29,572 bases of DNA from a virus (taxonomy: Duplodnaviria; Caudoviricetes): IMG/VR virus record IMGVR_UViG_3300016665_000180, positions 1 to 29,572 of that record; one strand, given 5' to 3'. Under the pieces are notes generated by a model. That model saw only the letters and a list, made by a program, of their open reading frames with translations, searched no databases and was not told the DNA's origin. A program made the translations under genes and the position numbers. Shown piece after piece: positions 1 to 8,918 of this stretch (positions are counted from its first letter, which is position 1; each line of letters opens with the position of its first letter).

Positions 1-449
1 GCCGCCTTCGCCGCCCTCGCCGCCGCCCGCGCCACCGCCGCCGCCTCGGCGGTGCGCTCCGTGGTCATGCGCCGCCATTCCAAGCCATAACCCCGCTCAT
101 CCGCCAGCGGCTGGAGCGTCGGCAGCACGGTGCCCCACACCCAGTCGAGGATGAGCGCCAGACGCTCCTGCTCATGCTCGCGCCCGGTGCCCGCTGCGAG
201 GGGGAGCAGCGACTTCCATCGCGGCGAGTTGCGCATCTCGTCGGGCATCGCGTCTTGGACGCCGATGATCCAGCGACCGATGACCTCCGACATGCAGTCG
301 GGGATGTCGTCCGTCAGCCGCCCACTGAGGGCGAGGTTGATGGCGGCGATTGAGCACGCTGAGTGCTCGTTGCCGAGGCCGACAGGCAGGGTCATGCCGT
401 CGAGTTTTGCCGCAATCGCGGCCTGCTGTTCAGCGGTGATAGTGGTCAT
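1..449 (-). CDS. Hypothetical phage protein with Ala-rich low-complexity C-terminal part (runs off the left edge)
   Basis: Not in the ORF track because it is truncated. Manual translation from ATG 449: MTTITAEQQAAIAAKLDGMTLPVGLGNEHSACSIAAINLALSGRLTDDIPDCMSEVIGRWIIGVQDAMP...RTAEAAAVARAAARAAKA. The start overlaps the stop of 446..640 (ATGA coupling). Confidence 0.8.
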   Translation of the reverse strand, partial: MTTITAEQQAAIAAKLDGMTLPVGLGNEHSACSIAAINLALSGRLTDDIPDCMSEVIGRWIIGVQDAMPDEMRNSPRWKSLLPLAAGTGREHEQERLALILDWVWGTVLPTLQPLADERGYGLEWRRMTTERTAEAAAVARAAARAAKA

Positions 450-640
450 ACCCATCCCCCCGCCACCACCAGCACCACGACGGCCACAGCCGCCACCAGG
501 GCGATGGATATGCCAAGGTCTTGCAGCACGACGCGCACCATGTCGTGCTGCGGAGGGTCGTCGTCCGCACCAGCGATACCGCAGGCGTGCGGGCACGGGC
601 ACGGCAGGCGGCCCTGGTCGCAGGGGCCGGCGCAGTTCAT
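446..640 (-). CDS. Small Cys-rich membrane protein (64 aa)
   Basis: N-terminal CAGPCDQGRLPCPCPHAC and a C-terminal hydrophobic helix; ATGA overlaps at both ends; AAGGAG RBS. Confidence 0.7.
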   Translation of the reverse strand: MNCAGPCDQGRLPCPCPHACGIAGADDDPPQHDMVRVVLQDLGISIALVAAVAVVVLVVAGGWV

Positions 641-828
641 TGCGTGATCTCCTTCATCAGTTCGACGCGCTCGCGGGCGGCGCGCAGCATGGTGTAACGC
701 TGGTGCAAGCGCTCAAGGATGCGAACGCGCTTATGGACGCGGCGTTCGGCTTCAAGAAGCTCCAGCACTTCGGCTTCGGTCTTGGCGCTCAGGTGTTCGT
801 TGAGCCACCTCCAGTTGGGTTTGATCAT
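637..828 (-). CDS. Hypothetical small helical phage protein (63 aa)
   Basis: ORF track; ATGA-coupled to both neighbours; GGAG RBS. Confidence 0.75.
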   Translation of the reverse strand: MIKPNWRWLNEHLSAKTEAEVLELLEAERRVHKRVRILERLHQRYTMLRAARERVELMKEITQ

Positions 829-968
829 GTCGTCTGCTCCACGCGCTTCTCCAGCGCAGCTATCTGTGCCTCAAGACGGTCTACCCGTCGCTGCGCCTCG
901 TTGAGCGCCTTGCGCGCCAGCCGCAACTCGGCCAGCGCAACCTTCAGTCTCTCGGACCACTTGTTCAC
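825..968 (-). CDS. Small coiled-coil protein (47 aa)
   Basis: Below the ORF-track cutoff. GTG at 968 overlaps the helicase stop (GTGA); MNKWSERLKVALAELRLARKALNEAQRRVDRLEAQIAALEKRVEQTT; its stop overlaps ATG 828 and it fills the gap exactly. Confidence 0.7.
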   Translation of the reverse strand: MNKWSERLKVALAELRLARKALNEAQRRVDRLEAQIAALEKRVEQTT

Positions 969-2239
969 TTCAGCGCCTCCACAGCAAGCTCGGCCATCGA
1001 CCGCTTCTCCTTCAGCGCCGACATGATCTTCTCGTCAATCGTGCCGCGCGTCATCAGTACATACACCCATACGTCGTGCTGCTGGCCGCTGCGGTGCAGC
1101 CGACCAATGGCCTGCTCGTAAAGCTCCAGCGACCACGGCAACGACAGGAAGACGATGTGATGCCCGCCCGCCTGGAGGTTCAGCCCGTGGCCGGCGCTCT
1201 TGGGATGCAGCGCCAGCAGCCGCACGCGCCCGGCGTTCCAGTCCTCCAGCGCCTCGGGCCCGCGGACGTGCGGGTAGCGCCGATTCAGCTCCTCGCGCTC
1301 CTCGATGTAGTTGTAGAAGACAATGGTGTTGGCGCCTTGGTTCTCGGCCAGGATGTCGTCCAGCATCTCGAACTTGTGGTACGACAGCCAACGCGGCGAA
1401 GGCGTGTAGATGAACCCGGCCGCCATCTGTTGCAGCTTCTGCGTGACCACGCCGGCCGACTGCGCGATGGCCGCCGCGTCGGGGAACTCGACCACAAAGT
1501 TCTTCTTCATCTGGTCGTACTCGCGCATCTCCATCTCGCAGACCATCGGCACGATGTGAAGCTCGCGGTCGGTGCTCGCGCCCTCCAGCAAGAAGGTGGC
1601 CGGCTGGATGCGCTGCATAACCACCTCCAGCGCGCCAGGCAGCGGCGTCCAATCGTTGAAGTCGCGGTTCAGGCAGAAGAAGTGCTGCTGCAGGAACGCG
1701 CCCTTGCTGCGGCCGAGAAGTTTCTGGTCCACGATCTTGCACTGGCCGAAGACATCCTCCAGGCCGTTGCTGGTGAACGAGCCGGTCAGGCCCCACCGGA
1801 TGTCGATGTGCTTGATGGCCTTCTCCAGCGCCTTGAACCGCTTGCCGCTCGGGTCTTTGAGGCGCGTCAGTTCGTCGAATACGACGCCGGTGAAGTCGCT
1901 CAGATCAAGATCAGCGAGCCACTGGATGTTGTCGTAGTTCGTCACCACCACGTCGGCATCGCGGTCGTACAGCGCCGCCAGGCGCCTGCTGGGTGTGCCC
2001 ACGGCGACCGCCAGCGACAGGTCAGGCGTCCACTTCTTCGCCTCGACCGACCAGACGTGCTCGGCTACGCGCAGCGGCGCAAGGACGAGCCAGCGGATTG
2101 AGTGGTTCTGCGCCATGTCGCGCATGGCCGTGAGCGTGATCGCCGTCTTACCTGAGCCAACCGGCGCCAGCACCAGCGCGCGGTCGCGCGCGTACAAGAA
2201 GTCAGCGGCTTTCTCTTGTACTGGACGCAATGAAAGCAT
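965..2239 (-). CDS. SNF2-family (SF2) phage DNA helicase
   Basis: Walker A APVGSGKT, Walker B VVFDE, motif III LTGS, C-terminal HPKSAGHGLNLQ and QAIGRLHRSGQ. Start reassigned to ATG 2239 on the basis of an AAGGAGG RBS 6 nt upstream. Confidence 0.92.
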   Translation of the reverse strand: MLSLRPVQEKAADFLYARDRALVLAPVGSGKTAITLTAMRDMAQNHSIRWLVLAPLRVAEHVWSVEAKKWTPDLSLAVAVGTPSRRLAALYDRDADVVVTNYDNIQWLADLDLSDFTGVVFDELTRLKDPSGKRFKALEKAIKHIDIRWGLTGSFTSNGLEDVFGQCKIVDQKLLGRSKGAFLQQHFFCLNRDFNDWTPLPGALEVVMQRIQPATFLLEGASTDRELHIVPMVCEMEMREYDQMKKNFVVEFPDAAAIAQSAGVVTQKLQQMAAGFIYTPSPRWLSYHKFEMLDDILAENQGANTIVFYNYIEEREELNRRYPHVRGPEALEDWNAGRVRLLALHPKSAGHGLNLQAGGHHIVFLSLPWSLELYEQAIGRLHRSGQQHDVWVYVLMTRGTIDEKIMSALKEKRSMAELAVEALK

Positions 2240-2495
2240 CGACATCCTCCTTCGTCCAGACGATTGCGTAGTTGCACCCGAGCGCTTTGATGTCCTCGGC
2301 AAAAAAGCGTTGCAGCGGCGACAGCCGGCCGCCGATCTTCTTCACCTCGACGAACCAGACGCGCCCGCCCGGCAGCACCACGAGCCGGTCGGCCACGCCC
2401 CTGTTCGTAGGCGACACGAACTTGTAGGCCCGCCCGCCAGCGTCTTTGACCCGACGCACCAGGTGGCGCTCGATGTCGCTTTCTGAAATTTGCAT
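2202..2495 (-). CDS. VRR-NUC domain nuclease (Holliday-junction-resolvase-like)
   Basis: ESDIERHL...YKFVSP..RGVADR...WFVEVK..GGRLSPLQ pattern (PD-(D/E)xK); next to the SNF2 helicase, as is usual in this module; start at ATG 2495. Confidence 0.9.
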   Translation of the reverse strand: MQISESDIERHLVRRVKDAGGRAYKFVSPTNRGVADRLVVLPGGRVWFVEVKKIGGRLSPLQRFFAEDIKALGCNYAIVWTKEDVDAFIASSTRESR

Positions 2496-2524
2496 GGACG
2501 AGACTCTGCCACAGAAAAAAGTTC

Positions 2525-2552
2525 TTGACAACCCCTTGGGCCGAGATAAGAT
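2525..2552 (+). promoter_or_regulatory. Sigma70-type promoter of the replication operon
   Basis: TTGACA (2525-2530), 16 nt, TAAGAT (2547-2552), preceded by an A-tract, within the divergent intergenic gap. Confidence 0.7.
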
Positions 2553-2580
2553 GGCGGCTCGATCAACCAAGGAGCAAACT

Positions 2581-2757
2581 GTGAAGATCGAGTTCAGTGA
2601 AGACGACATCAAGGACATCATCATCGAGCGTGCTCGCGCCCTGTGCCCCGCCGTCGAGTGGGAGACGGTGGAGCTCGACATCGGCTACGGCACGATCCGC
2701 AAGGCGGTCGTGGGTGAGCGCCAGCCGCGCCCGGCGCTGGAGGTGGTCAATGGCTGA
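2581..2757 (+). CDS. Small hypothetical protein (58 aa), first gene of the replication operon
   Basis: GTG at 2581 after AAGGAG; MKIEFSEDDIKDIIIERARALCPAVEWETVELDIGYG...; overlaps the start of the next gene. Confidence 0.7.
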   Translation: MKIEFSEDDIKDIIIERARALCPAVEWETVELDIGYGTIRKAVVGERQPRPALEVVNG

Positions 2758-3859
2758 CCACAGCAAGATCGTTGGCGGCTCGACCGCCAAGCGCGTCATC
2801 AACTGCCCCGGCAGCGTGGTGCTGGTGCAGCGGATGCCGCCGCAGGTCGAGAGCAAGTACGCGGCCGAAGGGACGATGCTGCACGCGGCCATCGAAGACC
2901 TGCTCGCGGACGGTGAGATGGGCGACGTGATCGCCAAGCACTGCCTGAGCGACGAGCAGCGCGACAAGCTGCAATACTGCCTTGACGCGCTGGACGAGAT
3001 CGACCCCGAGCAGCGCATGACCTTCGTGCAGGAGCAGCGGGTGGAGTTCACCTCGTTGCCGGGCGTGTTCGGCCACGCCGACATGATCGGGCGGCTGGGC
3101 AAGCGCGCCGTCGTGCTGGACTGGAAGTTCGGCGACGGCGTGATCGTCGAGGCCGAAGAGAGCGAGCAAGGGATGTTCTACGCTGCTGCGGCGATGGAGA
3201 CGCCTGCGGTCGAGTGGGCGTTCAAGGACGCGACCGAGATCGAGATCGTCATCGTGCAGCCGCCCGCCGTGCGGCGCTGGGTCACGACGCCCAAGCGCGT
3301 GGCTGAGTTCAAGCGTGACCTCGACCGCGCGGTGGCGCTCTCAAAGCGCCCCGACGCGCCGATGGCCATGGGCGACCATTGCCGTTGGTGTACCGCCAAG
3401 CCGATCTGCCCGCTGATGACGGGCGAGATCGAGCGCATGGAGCACAAGGCGCTCGCGGCCATGTCGCCCGAAGACCTTGGCCGCGCGCTGGCGCTGGCCG
3501 AGCGGCTGGAGGGCTTCATCGAGGAGGCGCGCAAGCTCGCCTTCGCGCGGCTGGAGAAGAGCCTGCCGGTGCCGGGGTACAAACTCGTGCCCAAGCGCGC
3601 CACGCGCAAGTGGGCGAACGAGGCGCAGGCGGCGCAGGCGCTGCTTGACATGGGGCTCAAGGAGTCCGATATTCGCAAGTCCGAACTACTGAGCCCGACT
3701 CAAGCCGAGACGGCGCTCAAGAAGAGCAAGCAGAAGCTGCCCGACGATCTCGTCGTGGCGGTTTCTTCTGGCAACACCATCGCACCGGAGAGCGATCCCC
3801 GGCCCGAGGTGGTGCTCATCGGCGAGCGGTTGAAAGCCGCTCTTTCTAGGGTCCAATGA
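2750..3859 (+). CDS. DUF2800 / Cas4-like PD-(D/E)xK exonuclease
   Basis: Starts MADHSKIVGGS; N-terminal CPGS, AEGTMLH, FGHAD...LDWKFG and HCRWC-x5-C (split 4-Cys Fe-S pattern); GGAGG RBS. Confidence 0.88.
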   Translation: MADHSKIVGGSTAKRVINCPGSVVLVQRMPPQVESKYAAEGTMLHAAIEDLLADGEMGDVIAKHCLSDEQRDKLQYCLDALDEIDPEQRMTFVQEQRVEFTSLPGVFGHADMIGRLGKRAVVLDWKFGDGVIVEAEESEQGMFYAAAAMETPAVEWAFKDATEIEIVIVQPPAVRRWVTTPKRVAEFKRDLDRAVALSKRPDAPMAMGDHCRWCTAKPICPLMTGEIERMEHKALAAMSPEDLGRALALAERLEGFIEEARKLAFARLEKSLPVPGYKLVPKRATRKWANEAQAAQALLDMGLKESDIRKSELLSPTQAETALKKSKQKLPDDLVVAVSSGNTIAPESDPRPEVVLIGERLKAALSRVQ

Positions 3860-3870
3860 AAGGTCCAATC

Positions 3871-4515
3871 GTGTCCAATCTTGCAGTGTTCTCTCAAGCG
3901 GGTCTGCCCGCAGTCGCCTCCCTTGCCACCGCGTTGCGATCCGTCGCGCCGGAAGTCGGTTCCATGACCGTCATCCTGAAGATGGACAAGACCGGGCACT
4001 GGGTCTTTGGGGCCGATCAGGAAGAAGTCGAGGACGACAGCCTCTGGGCCGTCAACCCGTTTTCTTTCCTGCACGGCTTCATCGCCTGGGGCGAAGGCGA
4101 GGTGCTGGGCGAGAAGATGGTCCCCGTCACGCAACCCCTGCCCGAGATGGAGCCGGCCCCGCCCGGCGCCAAGCGTGGCTGGGAGCCGCAGGTCGGATTC
4201 AGCCTGAAGTGCATCAGCGGCCAGGACGAAGGCATGGGAGCGCGCTACACGACCACTTCGGTCGGTGGCAAGCGTGCCGTGCAAGCGCTCGCGGTCGAGA
4301 TCGCAGGTCAGGTCGAGAAGGACCAGACCAAGCCCGTGCCTGTGGTCAGTCTGGCGAAAGACCACTATCAGCACAAGAGCTACGGGCGCGTCTACACGCC
4401 CGTGTTCAAGGTGCAGAAGTGGGTCGGCATGGAGGGCGACGCGCCCGCCGAGGCCGAAACGCCCGAGGCCGCGCCGGCCGAGGGGCCTCGTCGCCGCCGC
4501 CGCGTGGCGGCCTGA
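3871..4515 (+). CDS. Putative single-stranded DNA-binding / recombination protein
   Basis: Sits between the exonuclease and the polymerase, the usual SSB slot; aromatic beta-rich core (YQHKSYGRVYTPVF) and a disordered tail. GTG 3871 follows GAAAGG; alternative start ATG 3856. Function inferred from position. Confidence 0.6.
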   Translation: MSNLAVFSQAGLPAVASLATALRSVAPEVGSMTVILKMDKTGHWVFGADQEEVEDDSLWAVNPFSFLHGFIAWGEGEVLGEKMVPVTQPLPEMEPAPPGAKRGWEPQVGFSLKCISGQDEGMGARYTTTSVGGKRAVQALAVEIAGQVEKDQTKPVPVVSLAKDHYQHKSYGRVYTPVFKVQKWVGMEGDAPAEAETPEAAPAEGPRRRRRVAA

Positions 4516-4532
4516 TCTAACCTTGAGAGGGG

Positions 4533-4555
4533 CGGGGGCTACGGCCCCCGTTTTT
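4533..4555 (+). terminator. Intrinsic terminator-like hairpin between the SSB and polymerase genes
   Basis: CGGGGGC-TACG-GCCCCCG followed by TTTTT. Confidence 0.75.
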
Positions 4556-6536
4556 GTCTGTGATCTGGATTGATTTCGAGACGCGCTCCGAGTGCGACCT
4601 ACCGGCGCGCGGCGCATACAACTACGCGCAAGACCCCAGCACGAAGGTGCTGTGCATGGCGTGGGCGCTGGACGACGGCGAGGTGGGAATTTGGGTGCCG
4701 GGCCAAGAATTTCCAAAAGTCGTGGCCGATGCCGTCGCAAACGGCGACACCATCATGGCCCACAACGCCGCGTTCGAGCGCCTGATCTGGTCCTACGTCC
4801 TCGGGCCGGATCACGGCGTGCCGGTGCCGCGCCTGGAGCAGTTCTACTGCACCGCCGCCCAGGCCCGCGCCAACTGCGCGCCGGGCTCGCTGGAGGACGT
4901 GGGCCGGTTCGCTGGCGCGGACATGAAGAAGGACCACAGAGGCGCGGCGCTGGTGCGCAAGTGCAGCTGCCCGCCGTTCACGCACACCGAGCAGGACTTG
5001 CGGGACTTGTTCGCCTACTGCGCCCAGGACGTGCGGGCCATGCGCGCCGTGAGCCAGGCCATGCGGCCGCTGTCGGCGCAGGAGCTGGCCGACTACCACG
5101 TCAACGAGCGCATCAACGACCGCGGCGTGCTGGTGGACGTGGCGATCGCCAAGGCCGCGCAGCCCTACGCGGCGCAGGAACTGGAGGCCATCCAGCAGGA
5201 GGTGGCCGAGATCACCGAGGGCGAGATCACGAGCGTGCGCTCGCCCAAGATGCGAGCGTGGGTCTGGGACCGCGTAGGCCCGCAGGCGCGCGGCCTGATG
5301 ACGACCTACAAAGACGGAGAGCAAAAGCAGTCCATCGACAAGTCCGTCCGTGCCGCGCTGCTTATCTTAGCAGAGGAGAACGCTGATGAAGTGCCCGCTC
5401 ACGTTGCGGATGTCATCCAGTGCGCGGACGACCTGTGGGCCTCGTCGGTCGCCAAGTTCAAGCGTATGGCCGACCTTGCGGATGTCGAAGATCATCGTGT
5501 CCGCGGGGCGTTCGTGTTCGCTGGTGGCGCGGCCACGGGCCGAGCGTCGAGCTATGGTTTACAGGTCCACAACTTCGCCCGCAAGACCGCCAAAGACCCG
5601 GCCGCTGTCCGTCATGCGATGGTCCGCGGTCATCAGATCGTCCCGGCCTTCGGCAAGCGCGTCACCGACGTGCTGAAGGGAATGCTGCGCCCGGCCCTGA
5701 TTCCGGCGCCTGGCAAGCAGTTCGTCGTGGCCGACTGGAGCGCCATCGAGGGCCGCGTCAACCCGTGGCTGTCAGGCACGGGGCAGGGCAAGCTCGACGC
5801 CTTTGCGCGCGGTCTGGACGCCTACATCGTCAACGCTGCAGCGACCTTCGGCCGGCGCTACGAGGACATCCTGGCCGGTTACGAGGCCGAGGACGCGACC
5901 GCGACCGGCCAGCGTCAGATCGGCAAGGTGCAGGAGTTGGCGTGCGGCTTCGGCGGCAGCGTGGGCGCCTTCGCTGCGATGGGGCGCATCTACGGCGTCA
6001 ACCTGCCCGAGGCCGAGGCGAAACGCATGGTCAACGCCTGGCGCCGGGCGAACCCGTGGGCCGTGCGCTTCTGGTCTGACCTTGAGCGCGCCTACATGGC
6101 CGCCATGCGCCGCAAGGGGCAGGAGTTCAGCGCAGGCCGGATAACCTACTTCTTCGATGGGTTGCACCTCTGGTATGCGCTGCCGAGTGGGCGTATCCTC
6201 TGCTACCCCTACGCCCGCCTCGACGCTGATGGCATCAGCTACGCCAAAGCCTCATGGAAGCCCGCTGCTGATGCGAAAGAGTGGCCCCGCGCCCGCCTGT
6301 GGCCTGGCCTGGCGTGCGAGAACGTGGTGCAGGCCACCGCGCACTGTCTGCTGCGCGAGTCGCTGCGGCAACTCCCCGAGGCCGTCCTGCACGTCCACGA
6401 CGAAGTGGTCTGCGAGACGGACGACGCGGATCGAACGACTGAACTGATGAAGCGGGTCATGAAGAGCCCGCCGGCATGGGCGGCTGGGATGCCCTTGGAC
6501 ATTGGCATCAAGACGATGGAGAGATACGGCAAATGA
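4554..6536 (+). CDS. polA: Phage DNA polymerase family A with 3'-5' exonuclease domain
   Basis: Exo I IDFET, Exo II AHNAAFE, Exo III YCAQD; motif A VADWSAIEGR, motif B RQIGKVQELACGFGG, motif C HVHDE. Start is TTG 4554 or GTG 4560. Confidence 0.95.
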   Translation: MSVIWIDFETRSECDLPARGAYNYAQDPSTKVLCMAWALDDGEVGIWVPGQEFPKVVADAVANGDTIMAHNAAFERLIWSYVLGPDHGVPVPRLEQFYCTAAQARANCAPGSLEDVGRFAGADMKKDHRGAALVRKCSCPPFTHTEQDLRDLFAYCAQDVRAMRAVSQAMRPLSAQELADYHVNERINDRGVLVDVAIAKAAQPYAAQELEAIQQEVAEITEGEITSVRSPKMRAWVWDRVGPQARGLMTTYKDGEQKQSIDKSVRAALLILAEENADEVPAHVADVIQCADDLWASSVAKFKRMADLADVEDHRVRGAFVFAGGAATGRASSYGLQVHNFARKTAKDPAAVRHAMVRGHQIVPAFGKRVTDVLKGMLRPALIPAPGKQFVVADWSAIEGRVNPWLSGTGQGKLDAFARGLDAYIVNAAATFGRRYEDILAGYEAEDATATGQRQIGKVQELACGFGGSVGAFAAMGRIYGVNLPEAEAKRMVNAWRRANPWAVRFWSDLERAYMAAMRRKGQEFSAGRITYFFDGLHLWYALPSGRILCYPYARLDADGISYAKASWKPAADAKEWPRARLWPGLACENVVQATAHCLLRESLRQLPEAVLHVHDEVVCETDDADRTTELMKRVMKSPPAWAAGMPLDIGIKTMERYGK

Positions 6537-8845
6537 GCGAGTTCGTAGAGTGGCTGGCGGGGCTGGCCCCGGAGGGCGAGACGGCCTTGATCGTGCGGCA
6601 AAAGCCGCGCCTGGTGGACGGCGAGATTCAACTGCACCCGGACGGGGCGATCAAGGCCACTTGGCCGGCGTACCTGCCGACGCACCGCGTCAAGGATGGC
6701 GAGGCGTGGTACGGCAACACGGCGAGCTTCATCATCGACCGCTTCGAGGCCGGGCGCCCGAGCGCCAGCGCCGCGAACTGCGAGTATGTGCTGGTGATGG
6801 TGCTGGACGACGTGGGCACGAAGTCCAAGGAGCCGCCCCTGCCGCCGACGTGGGTGATGGAGTCGTCGCCGGGCAACTACCAGTGGGGCTACGCTTTCGA
6901 CGAGCAACCGACGAAGGCCGAGTACGGCGCGGCGATCCGCGCGATAGCCGAGGCGGGCTACACCGACCCGGGCGCCTGCAACCCGGTGCGCAACTTCCGC
7001 TTGCCCGGATCGGTCAACCTCAAGCCCGGCCGTGATGGCTTCGCCTCGCGCCTGGTGTCGTGGGACCGTTCGCGCGAGTACACGCTGGCCGAAATCTGCG
7101 CCGCATTGGGCGTGACCCCCGGCCCGGCCGATAGCAGCGGCCCCCGCGCGGTGCGCCTGGCCGATGATGGTGGCGACGACGTGGCCGCGTGGCTGTCCGG
7201 GCAGGGGCTGGTGCTGTCGCGCCCCAACGCGCAGGGCTGGATGGGCGTGGTCTGCCCGAACCACGCCGCGCACACGGACGGCAACCCCGAGGGCCGCTAC
7301 CTGCCCGCCTCGCGGTCGTTCTGCTGCCTGCACTCGCACTGCATCGACCACGACAGCGCCTGGTTCCTCGATTGGGTGGCTGCGCAGGGCGGGCCGAAGC
7401 ACACGCCCGGGCTGCGCGACGAGCTGCTCCAGCAGGCGATGGCCGCGACGGTCGGCAAGCTCGCGCCGCCCCCCGAGATGGCCGCGCAGACGGCGGCCGT
7501 GGTCGCCGAAGTCGAGCGGGCCGAGGCGGCCAGGACCGAGAAGGCCGACTGGTGGGACCGCTTCGCCTACATCGTGTCGGACGATGGGTACTTTGACCTA
7601 CGCGAGCGCCGGCAGTTCACCCGGACAAACTTCAATGCCTTGTTCCGGCACATCGGCTGCCGGTCGATCCACGGGAAGAATCCGAAAATCGAGGCCAGCG
7701 TCTGCTACGACGAACACCGCCAGGCCAAGGGCGGGAAGGTGCTCGACGGGATCGCCTACGCTCCGGGCGAGTCGGTGCTGGTGGCGCGCGGGACGGGCGT
7801 ATACGGGAACAAGTGGCGCGACGGCCGGCCGAACGTGGCGCGGGCCGAGGGCCGCGACGTGGGCCCGTGGCTGCGTCACGCCGAGCGAATGATTCCCGAT
7901 CCGGCCGAGCGCGAGCACGTCCTCGACGTGATGGCGTTCAAGCTGCAAAACCCCGAGGTCAAGATCAATCACGGGGTTTTGCACGCTGGCAAGCCCGGTA
8001 GCGGCAAGGATACGCTCTGGGCACCCTTCCTGTGGGCCGTGGGAGGCCCGGGGCGCGCGAACGTGTCCATTGTCCGAAACGAGGAGATCAATGCCCAGTG
8101 GGGATACGCCTTCGAGTCCGAGGTGCTGGTGCTCAACGAACTGCGCCAGGCCGAGGCGGCCGACCGTAGGGCGCTCGAGAACCGGCTCAAGCCCCTGCTA
8201 GCGGCGCCGCCGGACCTGATTACCGTGCAACGCAAGGGCCTGCACCCTTACGATGCGGCGAACCGGCTGCTCGTGGTGGCCTTCTCGAACGAGCGCGCCG
8301 CGATCACGCTGCCCTCTGATGATCGTCGATGGCTGGTGCTGTGGTCCGAGGCCGACATCATGCAGCCGGCCGCGGCGCGCGCGCTGTGGGCCTGGTATGA
8401 GGCGGGCGGGTACGAGGCGGTGGCCGCCTGGTTGCACGCGCGTGACATCAGCGGGTTCAATCCCGGCGCCGCGCCGATACTGACAGAGGCGAAGGCCATC
8501 ATGCAGGCCGCTGGCCTGTCGGCCGCCGAGGCGTGGCTTGTGGAGCAAATGCAGGGCCGCTACGGGCCGTTCGGGCGTGGGGTAGTGGGTGCCCCTTGGC
8601 AATCGCTTTGCGAGCGCCTGAGCGTGTCAGCGCCGGCCGGGGTCAAGCTGGTCGTGCCGGCGCTGTTCCATGCCTTCCGTGAGGCCGGATGGCGCGACCT
8701 AGGCCGCATCTATAGTGCAGAGTACCAGACCAAAAAGCACGCCTTCGCAGCCCCTGACTGGCAGGGGTCGAAAAGCGAGGCGCGCCGGCTGATCGAGCTG
8801 CCCGAGCCGAGCGCGGCCGAGATCATCGCGCGAGTGAAGGGCTAA
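6533..8845 (+). CDS. Primase-helicase (RepB-like primase + Cys/His cluster + SF3/DUF5906-like NTPase)
   Basis: VMVLDDVG and MESSPGNYQWGY (RepB-primase-like), CPNHAAH...CCLHSHC, Walker A GKPGSGKDT, LVLNE, SDDRRW. ATG 6533 overlaps the polymerase stop. Confidence 0.88.
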   Translation: MSEFVEWLAGLAPEGETALIVRQKPRLVDGEIQLHPDGAIKATWPAYLPTHRVKDGEAWYGNTASFIIDRFEAGRPSASAANCEYVLVMVLDDVGTKSKEPPLPPTWVMESSPGNYQWGYAFDEQPTKAEYGAAIRAIAEAGYTDPGACNPVRNFRLPGSVNLKPGRDGFASRLVSWDRSREYTLAEICAALGVTPGPADSSGPRAVRLADDGGDDVAAWLSGQGLVLSRPNAQGWMGVVCPNHAAHTDGNPEGRYLPASRSFCCLHSHCIDHDSAWFLDWVAAQGGPKHTPGLRDELLQQAMAATVGKLAPPPEMAAQTAAVVAEVERAEAARTEKADWWDRFAYIVSDDGYFDLRERRQFTRTNFNALFRHIGCRSIHGKNPKIEASVCYDEHRQAKGGKVLDGIAYAPGESVLVARGTGVYGNKWRDGRPNVARAEGRDVGPWLRHAERMIPDPAEREHVLDVMAFKLQNPEVKINHGVLHAGKPGSGKDTLWAPFLWAVGGPGRANVSIVRNEEINAQWGYAFESEVLVLNELRQAEAADRRALENRLKPLLAAPPDLITVQRKGLHPYDAANRLLVVAFSNERAAITLPSDDRRWLVLWSEADIMQPAAARALWAWYEAGGYEAVAAWLHARDISGFNPGAAPILTEAKAIMQAAGLSAAEAWLVEQMQGRYGPFGRGVVGAPWQSLCERLSVSAPAGVKLVVPALFHAFREAGWRDLGRIYSAEYQTKKHAFAAPDWQGSKSEARRLIELPEPSAAEIIARVKG

Positions 8846-8846
8846 G

Positions 8847-8880
8847 AAAAAGGCCCGCCAGGCATGAGCCGGGCGGGCCT
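8847..8880 (-). terminator. Intrinsic terminator for leftward transcription (possibly bidirectional)
   Basis: Minus strand AGGCCCGCCCGGC-TCAT-GCCTGGCGGGCCT followed by a T-run, at the convergence point with the primase gene. Confidence 0.85.
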
Positions 8881-8918
8881 GAAGGCGCGGGAGCGCCGTT
8901 GGAGAGGAGACAAACTGC
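8847..8918 (-). ncRNA. Candidate anti-Shine-Dalgarno small RNA (~72 nt)
   Basis: -10 TACAAT (8930-8925), then GCAGUUUGUCUCCUCUCCAAC, hairpin GGCGC-UCCC-GCGCC and the terminator. No ORF. The 5' arm is complementary to several phage RBS regions. The transcription start is inferred. Confidence 0.6.

Noticed and set aside
1-60. GCC-rich repeat at the left edge as a DNA repeat element
   Set aside because: It is explained by the poly-Ala-rich coding region of the truncated minus-strand gene.
130-2101. Plus-strand ORFs 130..1026 and 1076..2101
   Set aside because: They are antisense to a tightly coupled chain of minus-strand genes and give low-complexity Arg/Pro/Ala translations.
2750-3859. Cas4-like nuclease as evidence of a CRISPR-Cas system
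   Set aside because: There are no other cas genes and no array. Stand-alone DUF2800 nucleases are a normal part of this replication module.
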